Assembly: GCA_951406725.2 (NCBI GenBank)
Contig: OX597814.1
Span: 54,870,001 to 54,934,000 of the forward strand
DNA from: Octopus vulgaris
Taxonomy: Eukaryota
Direction: 5' to 3'
Length of the DNA: 64,000 nt
Within the stretch, counting starts at the first letter, position 1. The number at the start of each line of letters is the position of its first letter. The notes beneath the pieces are model-generated. The model was not told the origin of the DNA and did no database searches. It worked only from the letters and a program-made list of their open reading frames with translations. Below, one piece after another: positions 31,845-47,182 of this stretch. The position numbers and the translations under genes are program-made.

Positions 31845-32285
31845 TTCTTATATCTTTTAATTGCTTTAGTCATTGGACTGTGGCCATGTTGGAGTACTGT
31901 GATGAAGGGATTTTAGTCGAACATCTCGACCCAGAACCTATTATTTTTTAAAGCCCGGTACTAATTCTATCGTCCCTTTTGCAGAACTGCTAAGCCACGA
32001 GGATGTAAACACACCAACACTGGTTGTGAAGTTGTGGTAGGTAATAAGCACAAAGGAACAAACATACATAATTACATATACGCAAACACAACATACACAT
32101 ACACACACACAAACACATATACACGCAAACACACAAATATATATATGATGGGCTTCTTTCAGTTTCCTTCTACCAAATCCACTCACAAAGTTTTGGACAC
32201 TTGACCGAGATAACAAGCAGTGGGTCTAAGACTGGACCATGTGGTTGGGAAGCAGGCTTCTTATCACGCAGCCATGCCTGCGCCT
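31845..32285 (-). mobile_element. SINE family 1, near full-length
   Basis: Head at 32215-32285, internal (CA)n, conserved tail. Collinear with 46518-46905. Confidence 0.8.
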
Positions 32286-32648
32286 AATAGTAAACAGAAA
32301 TTGCACGGAAACCTGTCAGAGAGACCGTTCGTATTCTTAATTGATAGACTTAATCCGTCACTCGGTTTAATCCAACAATTTGTCCCTTAGTTACATTCAG
32401 CGGACTTATGGCAATTCTGTTGCACTCACTGAGGCCATCCTTCCATCAGTCTCAAGGGAACTAAGAAGAGTTCTAAGTGCCCTATTGATGTAATAAAAAA
32501 TATAGAGCCCTCGTCAGAAACAATTCGTCACAAGTCGAATACAACATGTTTAGAATAACAGAACCCATTACATTTTCCCTAAGCCATAATTGCCCCAGCA
32601 AAATCTTTACTTTAACTCACTTGAAATATTAAACATTGTATGTATGTA

Positions 32649-32858
32649 CGTGTGGGTGCTGAAAAGTCTCTGGATATAAGGGTATCTCAAAAGGCCTCTT
32701 TGAAGGCCCAACCTTCCGAATTCTTTTACAGGGCTTAGAAAAACTGAAGGACTACATCAATCAATGTGTGAATCTGAGAGGGGAATATGTTGAATAAAAT
32801 CATAATCAACTGATCCTCCTGTATTATACCCAAATCAAAAATTTTTCAGGACCCCTCG
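32649..32858 (+). mobile_element. Mariner deletion derivative
   Basis: Imperfect TIRs (cgtgtgggtgctgaaaagt / atttttcaggacccctcg). Internal GLEKLKDYINQCVNLRGEYVE* is a mariner transposase C-terminus. Confidence 0.75.
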
Positions 32859-33949
32859 TGTATGTATGTATGTATGTATGTATGTATGTATGTATGTATG
32901 TATGTATGTATGTATATTTGTTTGTATGTATGGGGGTGAATGTTTTATATATATATGTCCGTGTACAGATATGTATGTGAATGTAGATGTAAGCATGATT
33001 ATCTGTGCATATGCATCTGTGTGTGTGTGCGCGCACGCGAGCACATATGTTAGAATTCAACTCTATCTTTCATGCTTCTTGTCTCTTTTTCTTGTATGCT
33101 AAACTTTTGCAACCAGACCCTCTAGACACTCATGCTTATCTATTATGGCATAGCGTACACAGGTATTTCAAGCACCATATGACAGATCTCTTTGGTCTAA
33201 GTTGTCTGCCACCTGATTTTCATTTTTATATAATTTCCCCAACTGATAAATAGAATCTAAGCTACTGGGATACCAAGATTAGGAATATTAATCTACACAA
33301 TTTGAGAACCTGTTTTCCATATAGATTCCACTATAACAGAACAGTTTCACGCGATGAAAATCTTCAGTAGTCTGGCAAGATATTTCTCGAGATACTTTAT
33401 AGCAGACACACTGTTTCTTTACCTAGAAGTGTAGGTTGCGGATGGCGCTGCCAATTCATAAAACCTACCGCATTAATCAATTCTCTGCAGTACATGCCGT
33501 AAGTCCAGAAGCACATCACACAACCATGTGGTTTATGGGGCAATTGATGGGTGCGCGCAAAATATTGCAATCTAGGAGGGCGTACGATTCCCATTTAAGC
33601 GTTCCTTCAAGAAACCTCAGAATTCCCTTGATTTATATCCAAGCCTTCTCAACGAATCGCCTGACGGATTATAGCAACAATTCTATCATCAAAATACCAC
33701 GAATTTTGAAAGCGTTGTTATTGTTGTTGTTATTGCTATTGTTGGTAGTGCTGTCTTACTGTGGCAGTTGCTACTGTAATTATTGTTGTTACTGTTGGTA
33801 TTGTTGTAGATGTTGTCGTTGCTGCTGTTGCTGCTGTTGCTGATACTGCTGCTGTTACTGTTGTTGATGCCTTTACTACGGCTGCTTTAGGAATGTCCAG
33901 GGCTAGCCCTGACCAAGGAGTCTAATGGTATTTATGGTAAAAAGGATGG

Positions 33950-34900
33950 GTTTGGTCGGGTCTATTTACGCCTCTTGTTGCGGAGCTCGTTTTTTCTAGT
34001 TGGATGATTTAATAGTTTTAATGTAGTTGTCTAGTAGTATTCAGAGAATGTTGAGAGGCTATAAGTGCGAGTTCATCTACGTAGTGCATGCTTCGTAGAT
34101 ACATGGAAAGTTTGTGTAGGTGTAAGATGAAAAAGTGAGAGAACGAATCTTCCAAATTCTGGGATTGATGTTCTCATACACAAGGTAGGCTTGGCGACTT
34201 AACGGGTTAGCTATTATTTTGTGTCATTTCTTAAGGTAGTGTTGAACGTTTTTTTTTCACTCCGAGTTGATAATAAGAAGTGGAGCTTTGTCAATGTTGA
34301 TGATAATTAAAATGGTATGTATTGAAGGATGTTGCTGCCAAAACCAACGTGTTTTTTTATGCTACATTTTTTAAAGAATGAGGTTGTTTAATGCCAGGTC
34401 TGAATTTATGTTGTATTTTGAGAGCAGTGTGTGCATGTAAGTGGTTCAAAGGGTTATCCGTGCAAGATTTCTCAAGGGTATGTATAGAAGGGAGATGGGT
34501 CTGCATTGTGTTATTTGACTCGGGTAGTTACTGGGCTTTAGAATCGTGTCGTAATTTCGCCATGTATCTTGGTTACGGGAATTTTACAGTGTCAGTAGGA
34601 ACAGTTGTAGATATTTGTAAGCGTAGTGATTCCTTCGAGCCTGGGTATTCATAAATGTCTATTTTATATTTTGTCTATTCTAAAGCTATTGAATGTTAAA
34701 AATTCTTTTTTCCATTGTGGGTGACTAATAGAAGGCGGAAATGAATATCTTGGCGCAAGTGAAAGGTGAATATTTTTGTTTTGTTTTCCATGATTGCTTC
34801 TTGGTAGCCTATCTTCCAGACATATTTGATCGGAGCGTTTGTTGAATATTGCAAAGTGGATATATTATTTGAGATTGTTATTGTAACATGGTGTGGTGTG
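33950..34900 (-). pseudogene. Highly decayed LINE reverse transcriptase
   Basis: Minus-strand motifs in RT order: QHKFRPG (~34400), IINIDKA (~34295), HYVDEL (~34080). All are degenerate. Confidence 0.4.
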
Positions 34901-35656
34901 ACCGTTGTTATTGTTAATGGTCTGCTAATTTACTCGAAATAGCATTTCAGTGCTTTGTTTTATGTTTTCTATCGGATTCAATTCTGTACCGTTTCTTTTT
35001 TTCTATTGTTTCTTTCTACATATGTACTTTTTTTTATTATTTCCTTGTTTAGCCATTTGTTCTTGGGTTACATTGTGCTTATGTGTGATCTTGGTAAATT
35101 ATGTTTGATTTCATCTCTAGTTTTTATGAGGTTTCTATTTCTGGTGTATAAGTGGGTTGTAATTTTTTATATTGCTTTATGACATATTGTTTTAGATGTC
35201 TTTACAATTATTTTGTCAGTTGTTCTATTTAGATGGTTGCGATGTTGTTAAATTCTTAAAACATTGATTATATTTTCTTAGATGGAATTCAGTCTATTAA
35301 GTTATTTTTTTTCTTTTGAGTTTGTAAAAGTGTTTTGCTTCCCTCATTGAAGTGTGTGTGTGTATGTGTGTGTTGTGATTATAACTGATAGGAATTTAAG
35401 GGAATTGCTTGTTACATGGTTATAGTAGCTACATGTGTGAAGGAAAGGGGATGTCTGAAGAAGAGGTGTTTTAGATGGCTTGGGGATTGTTTAGGATATA
35501 AAGAAGGTTTAGCTGTGCTGATATGTTACCTGTTTTGTTATCTATACTATTTGAAAACCAGGAATTGTTGACTATATTTAGGAATATTTCGATGACAATG
35601 CTCAAGAGAGCGTCAAATTGGGTGTGCATACACACGCACACACATACATGCGTCTG

Positions 35657-35741
<85 letters not shown>

Positions 35742-36782
35742 GCATACATATGTGGGTATGTTTATATTAAAGTACTTTGAGTTGTTGGATTTTAGTTTGA
35801 AAACTTACATTTCTAATGTAATGTCGTTTACAATTTTTTTAAGAATGACGTTTGTGATATCTGCATAATGAATGTAAGTTTTTTTTATATATCACAGGTC
35901 CTCTGTCAATTCTATTCCCTGCTTCACTGCATCTTTTCTTCATATGGGCGATCACATCCGCTATGCAGGCAGTCTTGGCACTGGTTGGTTGGGTTGATCC
36001 ATAATGCATAAACAAACCCCTGTGGGCAGCTACCTTGTGGAAATGTGTGCTAACGAATCCATCCTCAGTAATTGAAAAAGCAGCAAAGAGAGGGAGGAAG
36101 AGAGAGGGGGAGGGAGAGAGAAAAACAAAAAAGAGAAAGCGAGACAGACAGATTGACAGAGTGACTGACAAATATGGAGAACCAGTGTCATGGTGTTCGT
36201 ATTCAAAATCTATGATCGTCTACGTTGCTGTATATGCCATATGCCGTATCTTGTCTACAAACCCACGTCAAGGAATAGGCATAATGATGTCATCCACTTG
36301 TCTTATAAGCTAGAATTACATACTTATAAATAAGATCAAATCTAGAAATTCAGAAACTGAAATTTTGGAAAAAGTTTGATATTTAAATTCTTCAAAAATC
36401 CGTTTTAGCTGACACTTTAAATTTCACCCGGTTACTTATTCTACAAACTGATTAAATAAGTAGTCAAGTGACTCAGTGTGTCAGTCGAAACGAATATTAT
36501 AATAAAATCTTACTCTACTTACAGTATTATGTCTCCTTATTAGTAAATAATGCATAGTTATTCTTAAAATTGTGTGAAATAACCGCATATAATCGTCATA
36601 TATAAAGTTCGCCTTTTTACGTTTTTCTATTATTTTGTTCAATATTATGAGAAAAGTCCAGTTTTCAACAGGTATGATTGTCTAAATATGTATATATATA
36701 TATATATATATAAATGTGTGCGTGTATATATATGTGTGTGTGTGCGCATCCGTGCGCGGTGTGCGTGCGTGTATTATATATA

Positions 36783-36827
<45 letters not shown>

Positions 36828-37060
36828 GGAAAATAGGACAAGGTAGAAAATGCTAAAATAATTTCACCATGAACAACATTTCAGTACCGGTTCCAGTCTT
36901 TGCCACTTTTTCAATTGTGGAAAAATTAAATGAATTTAAAAAAAAATATTTCCATAGTTTTCAAATACATGGAACATTTTTCTTTTTTCTGTCACTCTCC
37001 CTTTTATTTTTGTAAAGCCTCGGTAAGCGGGTAGTAACAGATCTGAAGAACTATTTAATA

Positions 37061-37177
<117 letters not shown>

Positions 37178-38130
37178 ATGATGATGTTAGACCAAGTCGT
37201 TCCTGAAAGAGTAGATATTTTACCAAATGTATTCCATTTGTGACGATTCCATAGGTGTTCTCTGCCGTCGGATGTATCTAGAACTATTTTATCCAATGAG
37301 TTCTCGTTTTTCAACTCTGTGCAACGAAGGAGAGTTGACTGCTATTTTTAACAAGTTCTCCTTGCAAGAAATGCTCCTCTAACTATCGCAGCTTTCGTAA
37401 CCAAAATTTGTGTCGTTGGTGTGATGCTAATACTTTTGTGAAATTTCAATTCAGAACAGAAAGTACCAAAAGGAATCTCATGAGACGTTCTATACCTTCC
37501 GCCAATTCAACGACGTCGACTGTCATTTTATTTGTCGAACCTGTGAGAATAAACGGTAATATTGACCGCGGTATGATTAGAACTCAGTGTGTAGAGAGCT
37601 GGAATAAATCTTGCCAAATAGTTTAACCGACGTTCTTACAACTCAGCCAGGTCTTATGCCCGTTAGTATGGAAGGACAAATTAAATAGGGGGTTTATTTT
37701 TTTTCAATGAAAATGCTGCTAAAATTATCTTGCTGGGATTAAAACAAAACAGCATCTGTGGCATCTGGAAGGAATGACGTAAACTATCTATATAAAGAGA
37801 AGGCAAGTAAAGAAAAAAAAATGCTAGCTAAACAGTCTTCATAAAAAGAGATGGCTGGCGAAGAAATGAAATCATTTCCAACTGTCTGTCAAATTCTTCA
37901 GAGTGAAAATATTCTCATTAATTTCTGAACGTTAATCTCAACATACATACGTACATACACACATACATACATACATACATACATACCCACATTCACAGAC
38001 ACATGCACATACATACATTCATACATACATGCATAATGTATGTATGTATATATATATATATATATATATATACACGCACACACGTATGTATATATACACA
38101 CACATGCACACACACACACACACACACACG

Positions 38131-38216
<86 letters not shown>

Positions 38217-38219
<3 letters not shown>

Positions 38220-39186
38220 GGCTGGACAAAATAATGGAAATATCTATAAAACCGTCGAAATCTTGTTCATTTTTATGTTTTTTAATTTATTATTACTGTT
38301 GCTTAATATGTTCTGCTAAAATTACTGTTACTTTTTAGATATCATCAGAAAAAGTTAATTAAAATTCATTAAAATGAGAGATCTATCGGACTTTCAAAGA
38401 AATCAAATTGTTGTTGCTCGCATGGCAGGTGCTAGCGTAACGAAAACAGCTGAAATGTTTGGTGTATCAAGAAGTACTGTCTCGAGAGTAACGACAGCCT
38501 TTGAAAAAGAGAGAAAAACCTCCTCGTCGAAACAAAAGTCCGGAAGAAAACCAAAACATTCAGATAGGAACCGTCGAACTCTTACGCAAATTGTTAGAAA
38601 GGATCACAAATGTACAGCTCCCAAAATTACTGCAGAGCCTTAATGACCACCTTGAGAACCCAGTTTCTACAAAAACTGTTCACCGGGAGCTGCACAAAGC
38701 AGGATTTCATGGGAGGGCTGCAATCAGAAAACCGTTACTTTCAAAAACAAACTTTGCAAAGTATTTAGAGTGGAGTAAAAACCTTCAGAATTGGTCCCTA
38801 GAGCAGTGGGAAAATGTTATTTTCTCGGATGAGTCATCCTTTACCTTATTTCCGACCACCAGTCTAGTATATGTGTGGAGACAGCCAAAAGAAGCATTTG
38901 ACGCGTTTAACATCTTATCTGACCACCACAGTCCCCAGATCTCAATATTATCGAACATTTATAGTACATTTTAGGAAAACAAGTAAGGAGTCGATATCCT
39001 CTTCCAGCATCACTACAAGAACTGGAGACTGTTTTAGCTGAATGGACAAAAAATTCCTTTGGAAACAATTCAAACTTTGTACGAGTCGATACCTTATTGC
39101 TGTAATTAGTGCCAAAGTTGGTCCTACTCCATATTAAAATAAATTTGTTTGAAATTTTAAGGTGTTTCCATTATTTTGTCCAACCC

Positions 39187-39189
<3 letters not shown>
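38217..39189 (+). mobile_element. Tc1-family DNA transposon, internally deleted
   Basis: TIRs cagggctggacaaaataatggaaa / tttccattattttgtccaacccctg, flanked by TA within (TA)n. Confidence 0.95.
38374..39136 (+). pseudogene. Tc1 transposase, frameshifted and deleted
   Basis: HTH region (MRDLSDFQR...FGVSRSTVSRV...SGRKPK), KPLLS...WENVIFSDES, later HSPDLNIIEH and GPTPY*. The segment carrying the second catalytic Asp is missing. Confidence 0.9.
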
Positions 39190-39262
<73 letters not shown>

Positions 39263-40339
39263 TATGAATATACGATTTATTTATAAATTCGGATATTCAC
39301 ATATGAAACTTTTCATATGTGCATACACAGACACGCATGTGCTTTGTATGAATCATTTGTTGGAACGTTAACTAATATAAATATACATGAGGTTTGTGTG
39401 TGCGTCCGAGCGTGTCTGTGTATGTTTGTGCGCGTATGTGTGTATCTGATACTTCCGTATCTTATTTGTGTGTTTGTAGTTCTATATACCCATATAGCTG
39501 ACCTCACTGCTTCCCCACACCCACGCCACATGATTAAAAAACGTAGTTGATTGTTAGCGACTACCTTTTTATTTTATCTAACACTTATGATTGATAGCCT
39601 CATTAAGCATCGCTACTGAATTGTCTAAATATTGTATTTGCTCTTCAAAATGTATGGGTCGTTATAATTATGCATTACGTCAAGTTTACGTCAGATATAT
39701 TTGGTATTTTAAGACCGAAATGGAAATCTGTAAATGAAAACTAAAGCTAAGAATAAATTTTTAGAACCTAACGTTTTGGAAGAAGTTTCATTGCTATATT
39801 TTCTATACAAATATTATATAAATATTATATAATTATATAATTTTCGCTGACAGTTCTGTGACTCATAAAAGGATTGCTTAAAAAGTTTCAGCTAACCTTC
39901 ACAAAATCTTGTGAAGGTTAATGCAACTTAAGAATGTCTGATAGTCAAATTAACGTTTAAATAGCATTCCAGCTTCACCTCAAAATTCTAAGTCCGAATA
40001 ACAATGACAACTTTACATCCTGTTCCTCATTGAGAAATAAATATCGCATTCTTTGACTGTAACCTCCAGGCAACACTCTACATTCCAACAACTCTCGGAA
40101 TTTGATGTCTGCATCACGTACGCACAAATGCTCCTCTATGATTATCTGCTGTTTCTACCGCTCACCGAACACCTCTAGTCACAAAAAAAATTTTTATCTT
40201 TCATTTTGTATTAGGGGAATCTATCTGCTTTCATTTCTCCCTGAATTTTTAGCGTTCTGCTTGAAAAGACGTCCTAGGCAAAACTAATGTCAGGTTTATC
40301 TTTTTTCAGTCCACTCGCCCTCACACATACACACATGCA

Positions 40340-40375
<36 letters not shown>

Positions 40376-40591
40376 ACGACACACACACACACATGCAGAC
40401 ACACACACATGCAGACACACACACATGCAGACACACACACATGCAGACACACACACATGCAGACACACACACATGCAGACACACACACACACACACATGC
40501 AGGCACACACACACACACACTCACACAAACGCTCATATACATACGTATACACATACATGTTAATACATACAATCATTCATTCATATATGTG

Positions 40592-40940
40592 AAGACACGT
40601 GGCTTAGGGATTAGGATATTCGGCTTACGATCCTAAGGTCGCGAGTTCGATTTCCGTGGCACGCTGTGTCCTTCAGCAAGACGCTTATTTCTCGTTACTC
40701 CAAATCATTCAGCTGACAAAAATGATTTGTGCTTGTAATTCAAAGGTGCAGCCTTCTCACTTTCAGTTAAATCTCCCTGAGAACTGCGTTAAAAGCAACG
40801 TAGTTCTCCCTGAAAATTATGTTAAAGACTACGCGTGTCTGTTGTGTGCGCAGGTACTTTCACGTTCATTTCACGAGCAGACTGTTCCGTTGATCGAATC
40901 ATCTGGAGCACTCGTCGTCGTAACCGACGAGAGCCAGCCA
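40592..40940 (+). mobile_element. tRNA-derived SINE family 3
   Basis: A box-like gtggcttagggattagg and B box gagttcgatttcc. Body ctccctgagaact...gtgtctgt...ttcacgagcag.ctgttccgttgatc...cgtcgtaaccgacg is shared with 43150-43345 and 59387-59586. Confidence 0.85.
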
Positions 40941-40944
40941 GCCA

Positions 40945-41257
40945 TAGATAGATAGGTATGTATGTATGTATGTATGTATGTATGTATGTATGTATGTATG
41001 TATGTATGTATGTATGTATGTATGTATGTATTTATGTATGTATATATGTATGTATGTATGTATGAATGTATGTATGTATGTATGTATGTATGTATGTATG
41101 TATGTGTGTAGGTAGGTAGGTAGGTAGATAGTTAGGTAGATAGTTTGGTAGTTAGGTAGTTAGGTAGGAAGCTGTTGGTGGGTGGGTTTTGAAAGGATGG
41201 ATGGATGGATGGATGGATGGATGGATGGACGGACAAATAAAGGAATAGACAGACAGG

Positions 41258-41291
<34 letters not shown>

Positions 41292-41292
41292 T

Positions 41293-41333
<41 letters not shown>

Positions 41334-41355
41334 AAGATACATACATACATACATT

Positions 41356-41447
<92 letters not shown>
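40945..41447. repeat. Compound tetranucleotide microsatellite (TATG)/(TAGG)/(GGAT)/(GATA)
   Basis: Read directly from sequence. Confidence 0.95.
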
Positions 41448-43149
41448 CTAAGCGTGTGTATTTTAATAACAAATTTGAGAATGTTGCCAACGTCGACAGA
41501 GTATAAAGTATCTCTTGAACTTGTAACATTTCATCATGCTACTTTTCGAAAGGTAGGTAAGCACTACTTCTTTGGAGCCATCCTTCGGAATTGCATGTCT
41601 TTCGTCAACTAACGCTCACTATGCTCAAAGAAAATTTCAAGGAAATAGATACCAGACAATTCGAGTGGTCTTTCATCCACTTAAACTCGGTTCCAACGCT
41701 CTGGGACGATTTGAACTTCCACCGAAGATTCCATTGACTTTGTTTCGATACAGCTTCGACCACTGTCTTTCAAGTACCCGGTCGTGTGCTACTCCATAGT
41801 CTGAGCATGTATGTGCGATGATAACTAAAGTTATGCCTCCAAAATGAGAAGTCCCTTGGAAACGACCCTTCGAAGTGTTGCTGTAATTAGCAATGACATG
41901 ATGTCCCCGATTTCACAGTCAAATTTTGTGGCTTGATTGGCTCCAACAGCTCGCAACAGTTTCACCAGGAACAAGAGCAGCCTCCAAGCGGGCGATCGAT
42001 TCGTTCGATATACCTACCTAATTAATTTCTCTTAGATTATACAAATCGTCTTTAACAAAAAAGAATATTTCATTGTATGATGTAGTCCTGGATATACAAA
42101 AAGTAAAAAGATACGATGGCTATGATGGAGTGTCTGTTTATCATTGGTCTGTTTCTTCAAAGCTGCCTTGTGGCTAAATAACACAAACTATTCGATATAT
42201 ACTCTTACAGACGAACACACATAAATATATTATCGTATCTGTGTATATATTTATGTATGTGTATATGTGTGTGTGTGTAGTTTATTTTCTATTGTTTTTG
42301 TGATATGTGTAACAATCTCTTATCTATTTCAATATACAGAATATATGTTTTTTGTCAATCTATTTCATGCGCAATCACTTATGTTTTTTATTTCACTTGG
42401 CACAGACAGCTATTATTTCGCAAACCGTCAAAAGCAGCCAACATTTCTATTTTTGTTTGCATTCTTCTCGCAGTAAACAGCTGTGTCTTAGGAATTTATA
42501 GAACGTTTTGTTGTGAAGGTGTCCATGAGAAATATCTGTATTATTACTTAAGAGAGAATTAGTTTGTTGATATTGTTTTCATCAATGTTCATGTGTTATT
42601 CGTTGTGTGTTACCAGGGAATAGCAGCTTTGACGCCAGTTTATTCAAAAAATGAACTCTCCACTTTATCGAAAACGGCTGCATGCAAACATAGCAATGTA
42701 AGGCCTATGTAGGTTTTCAGATGCAGATTTAGTAATGTTACTTCTGCTGACTCATTATTATTGCAATGTATAGGATGAACTAGAAAATGTAGGATGAAGT
42801 ACATAAGATATTTGAAACTGAGCTTAATACAATTTCATGAAAATGCTTCTGTTTAAACAATAAGATACATGAAGGCAGTTGCAATGTAGAAACAGAAACG
42901 AACAATAAAATTTACTCTCTTAATTTCCATGGAAAAGTCATGAACACAATTTCCTTTTTAACCTTTTATTTTTGACAAGGCTGATCATCTATCGAAAAAT
43001 GCTTATCATTATTAAGTGTGTATCAAATACGTCTATTGCTTCAGTGCGTAAAATGAACGAATATTAATTCTGTTACTTGAATGTTCTTCAGCTCCAGTTC
43101 AACTCTGATACAGTAGACCTTTATTCCACGTAGCTTCAGGCCCCTCTGC

Positions 43150-43345
43150 TGGCAAAAGTGAGTTGTACCTGTATTTCAAAGGACCAACCTTGTCACATTC
43201 TGTGTCATGCTGAATCACCCTAAGAACTACGTTGAGGGTACACGTGTCTGTTGAGTGCTCAGCCAGTTGCACGTTAATTTCACGAGCAGGTTGTTCCGTT
43301 GATTAAATCAACTGGTCTCCTCATCGTTTTAACCGACGAATGGCC
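43150..43345 (+). mobile_element. SINE family 3, 3' part
   Basis: ccttgtcacattctgtgtcatgctgaatc...gaactacgttgagggtacacgtgtctgt...aaccgacgaa. Confidence 0.8.
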
Positions 43346-46300
43346 AGACCTATTATCAAAGTCATTTCCGTTGAGATCATCCCATCTTTTAGCGATACGT
43401 AAAACTACATTGCATAATGTATCATATCCTTATTTAAAAGGACATAATGCCCTTCGATGGAAATTTGGTTGCTATTTCCTGCAGACCTACTGACCATTTA
43501 GAGTATCCTTATCAACTTGATTTAGAAAGGAAAAGCTTGTACTGATATGTTGAAGTAATATTTTACCGCAATGTATTCATGAACCAAGTTCGATTCCCAG
43601 TCGAAGCTTATTTGACGAGACACACTGCGCTAACAGGGAAAAGCATTTAGATCAGATAATCCCTTTCAAACAAATATATAGTTATATGTCCTGTAAGATG
43701 ACTAGGATTATGGCCAAATATTATGAAATAATGAGAAATTTCAGTCACCTCACGTCTTTTACATGAGAAAATTATTGGCACAAAAAAAGGTTATCTCTAG
43801 CACCTAAAATCTTAGGTTTTATTTCTGTATTTAGAAAAAAAAAAATTCTCACTGCAATGACAAAGTAGAAACCTTCCCAATATACTTTATTTATCTACAC
43901 AGAATACTAGATAAAAATTTGAGAATTAAATTCGACATAGATGTAAGTTTATTACCGAACTGAGAAGGATGAGACTATACACTGTAAATGTATGGTAAAG
44001 TAAACACTAAGTATGTTGTACAAGTTTTCGCTGTCACTGTTGTGTACAGTCGAATACACTAGGAATATATAAATAAATGTCTCTGTAGAAAAAGAACAAG
44101 AAAATGGTTAGACTGGTTGTTGGTCCTATTTCCGACAATTCAGTGATCACGCACCATCCTTCTACCAAAGAGGGATTGTACATACATACATACATACATA
44201 CATACATACATACATACATACATACATACATACATGCATACATGCATACATATATAAACACGCACACACAAATATACATAGAGAGAGAAAGAGTGAGAGA
44301 GAGAGAAAAACACTCCCATGAAGTGCTTCATTAAAAACAAAATTCCAATTTGCGTAAATAGCGCTCAGCTGGCACATAGTCAATTAATTAATTAATTAAT
44401 TAATTAATTAAATCCTAAGCAGTGCATTTTGCACAACGTACATGTACGATAGAGAATATTCTATGTAAGTTCCTTTGCACATTAGTATTTAGTTGATTTA
44501 ACTGTCTGCGGAGCGCTGTTTATGCAAATCGGATATATTAGTTTAGTGAATTCCTTGTTAGTTAAGTCATTTTCATTACAATTAAACTTTTTACCAGTCA
44601 TTCACTCCACCTCAGTCTTCAGCTTTCTGTATCGATCCATAATCGAATTAGATATTTGTGTAACTTTTATTCAAGTGTTTCATTGGGCTTGGTAATCTTG
44701 ATGGCCAGTTTCTTCTCCGGGTTATGGATGCTGTTGGCTTTCAAGGCAGCCACCTGCGTTTGAAAGACTGCTTTCTAATCTGCTGGTTGCTCGCACATCC
44801 TCCTGTCTAGTAAGTCCAGGAGGGAGTCAGTACAGTCGCCGACCACTCGATGATTTGCGAGTAATTCTGGATTGCACAGTTACATGTAGCAGATTTCTAT
44901 TATTCTGTGATGAAATTGGTCCTGACCTGATATGCATGATTAGTAACAAATGTGTGTGTTTGTGAATGCATGTGTGTATGTGAATGTGTGTATATGTGAG
45001 TGTGTGTGTGTTCGTGTGTGTGTGTGTGTGCGTGCATGCGTGCATGTATATGTGTGTGTGTGTGTGCGCTCGCTAGAATAACACTAGCCCCTAAGTTTTT
45101 TCTGAAATCTGTAATTCTATTAAAAGCCTGTCTTGAAGTCTGCAACCTCTCAGATGAGAAATGCCAAAAGTGCAAGGTAATTTTAACTTCTATTTATTCA
45201 TTTAATGATTATTTTCAAGACATTGTGCCCCGCGTGTACGTGTACAACAACTGCATGTGATAACGACAAAAATGTACGTGAAATACGTGCTAAAGATAAA
45301 TGAGTAATATAACGTTATGCGTTGTACCAACACACGATGAAATGTCATTAAAATCTGACAGTCTATCGTTTCCAACTTTCCAGTCCAGATTTCTAGGTAA
45401 TAATTATTTCTAAAATCTTTTAGAAATATTTCTAGATAAGTCACACCTCCCTTTCCTTCATATCACACAGTAAAGTTTTAAGACAGTGTCTGGAAAGTAA
45501 AAACAGTTTGCTTATGGTTAGAGCGCCATTGACTGTAAGACTGCTAAACTAGGAACGACCTATGGATAATATACAAATTGTTTAAGAGATATTTAGAGAG
45601 ATATTATTTTTATTAGCAGATATTTAGTACAATATCTAAGAGAAGGATGTTCCCATGGGCTTATCATATATCCGATTACTGATTTCTTTCTAAAATTTTC
45701 GATACAACCAAATATATTTTGTCATGAAAGTGGTAGCAATGTAATTCTTCAAAAAAAAAAAAAAAAGTCAAATATTCAGTGAATTGACATTCATGCAAAA
45801 GAATGTCTCATTTCTGTTTCAAGATACGTTTATTACGTTGTGACTATGTTAAAATATAATATTTGTGAAATATATTTACTGTTATAAAATGTTCTGTTTT
45901 GAAAGCACATTATAAAGACTCAGACTTGCTGAACAAACAAGACACTAGAGTACAGATTTGGTTTTCGATAGCACAATTCAACTTAACTAGAATGAAAATT
46001 CCGGTAATTTTGTTAAGTATCAGCACAATTAATCTAGCTGTTTCTATAGTAACAAGCCAACCAATTAAGTAGCAGCTGTTTTTTGCTTGTTAAATTCAGC
46101 AAATTAATATTTGTTTTTATTAAAATTTTTGCTTTGTAAAAGTATGTTTGGAACAAAATATTCTGTTCAGTTTGCTTTCTAATCTGCTAAGCCACTTGCA
46201 GAACTATGCAATACTTGAAATCTTTTTACCTTGAGCTGTTTTGGCGGAACATAGTTTTTTGTTACTCAAACTTAATATACTTACAAAGGATGTAGCAACA

Positions 46301-46517
46301 CTAACAGTCATTAAGTCTGCAACTTGTGTTCTTAAAATAGCATTTCTATTTTTTTATCTACCTATTTCAGCCTGAAACGAAGCTTTGCCGAATCATTTGT
46401 TGAATTTTTTATCAACTCAAATAAATCGTTTAATGTGTGTTTCGTGCCTTCCAAAATTGGTGTAAATATGCACTTTATTTATCTATTTACTAATACTAGA
46501 CAAATTGATTTTCTATG

Positions 46518-46905
46518 CAGGAGTGGTTGTGTGGGAAGTAGCTTGCTTACCAACCACATGGTTCTGGGTTCAGTCCCAATGCCTGGCACCTTGGGCAAGT
46601 GTCTTCTACTATATCCTCGGGCCGACCAAAGCCTTGTGAGGGGATTTGGGAGACGGTAACTGAAAGACGCCCATCGTATATACGTATACATATATATATG
46701 TGTGTGTGTGTATATATATGGTTGTGTGTCTGTGTTTTCCCCCTCCCCACAACATTGCTTGACAACCGATGCTGGTGTGTTTACGTCCCTGTAATTTACC
46801 GGTTCGGCAAAAGAGACCGATAGAATAAGTACTAGGCTTATAAGATAGAATAAGTACTAGGCCGCAGTCAAATGTCTGAAACAAGTAAAAGAGTAAAAGA
46901 GTAAA
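46518..46905 (+). mobile_element. SINE family 1, near full-length
   Basis: tRNA-like head (gtggttgtgtgggaag; ggttcagtccc), ccttgggcaagtgtct, internal (TA)(TG) tract, tail gtaaaagagtaaaagag. Small internal duplication and deletion. Confidence 0.9.
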
Positions 46906-47182
46906 TGGAAGAGGCGATGAGCAGGAAAACTCATGACCTTTTCAATCTCCACTAGATTGGAAGAGAAGAATAACTAGGTGATGTTAATAAAGTTGGTGTC
47001 CATTTAACTTCTCGAGCAAAATTGCTGAAAGTGAACCATGTGCCCCAGAGACGATTATCCCTGCATATCTTTCTCTTTGTATTCCTCTAAATCTAGATAG
47101 AGTGTATGAGTAAATAGTACACAATAAGTATGTTTCAATGTTTTGGTGGTGAAGTATTCCAGGTGTCAACATTCTGTCTTTT

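Noticed and set aside
36878-36920. Hammerhead-like motif UUGAAAA-AGU...ACU-GGAA-CCG-GUA-CUG on the minus strand
   Set aside because: Three core mismatches. At most a relic, not supportable without a family consensus.
40100-40180. IICCFYRSPNT, resembling a LINE AP-endonuclease motif
   Set aside because: A single short motif without supporting neighbours.
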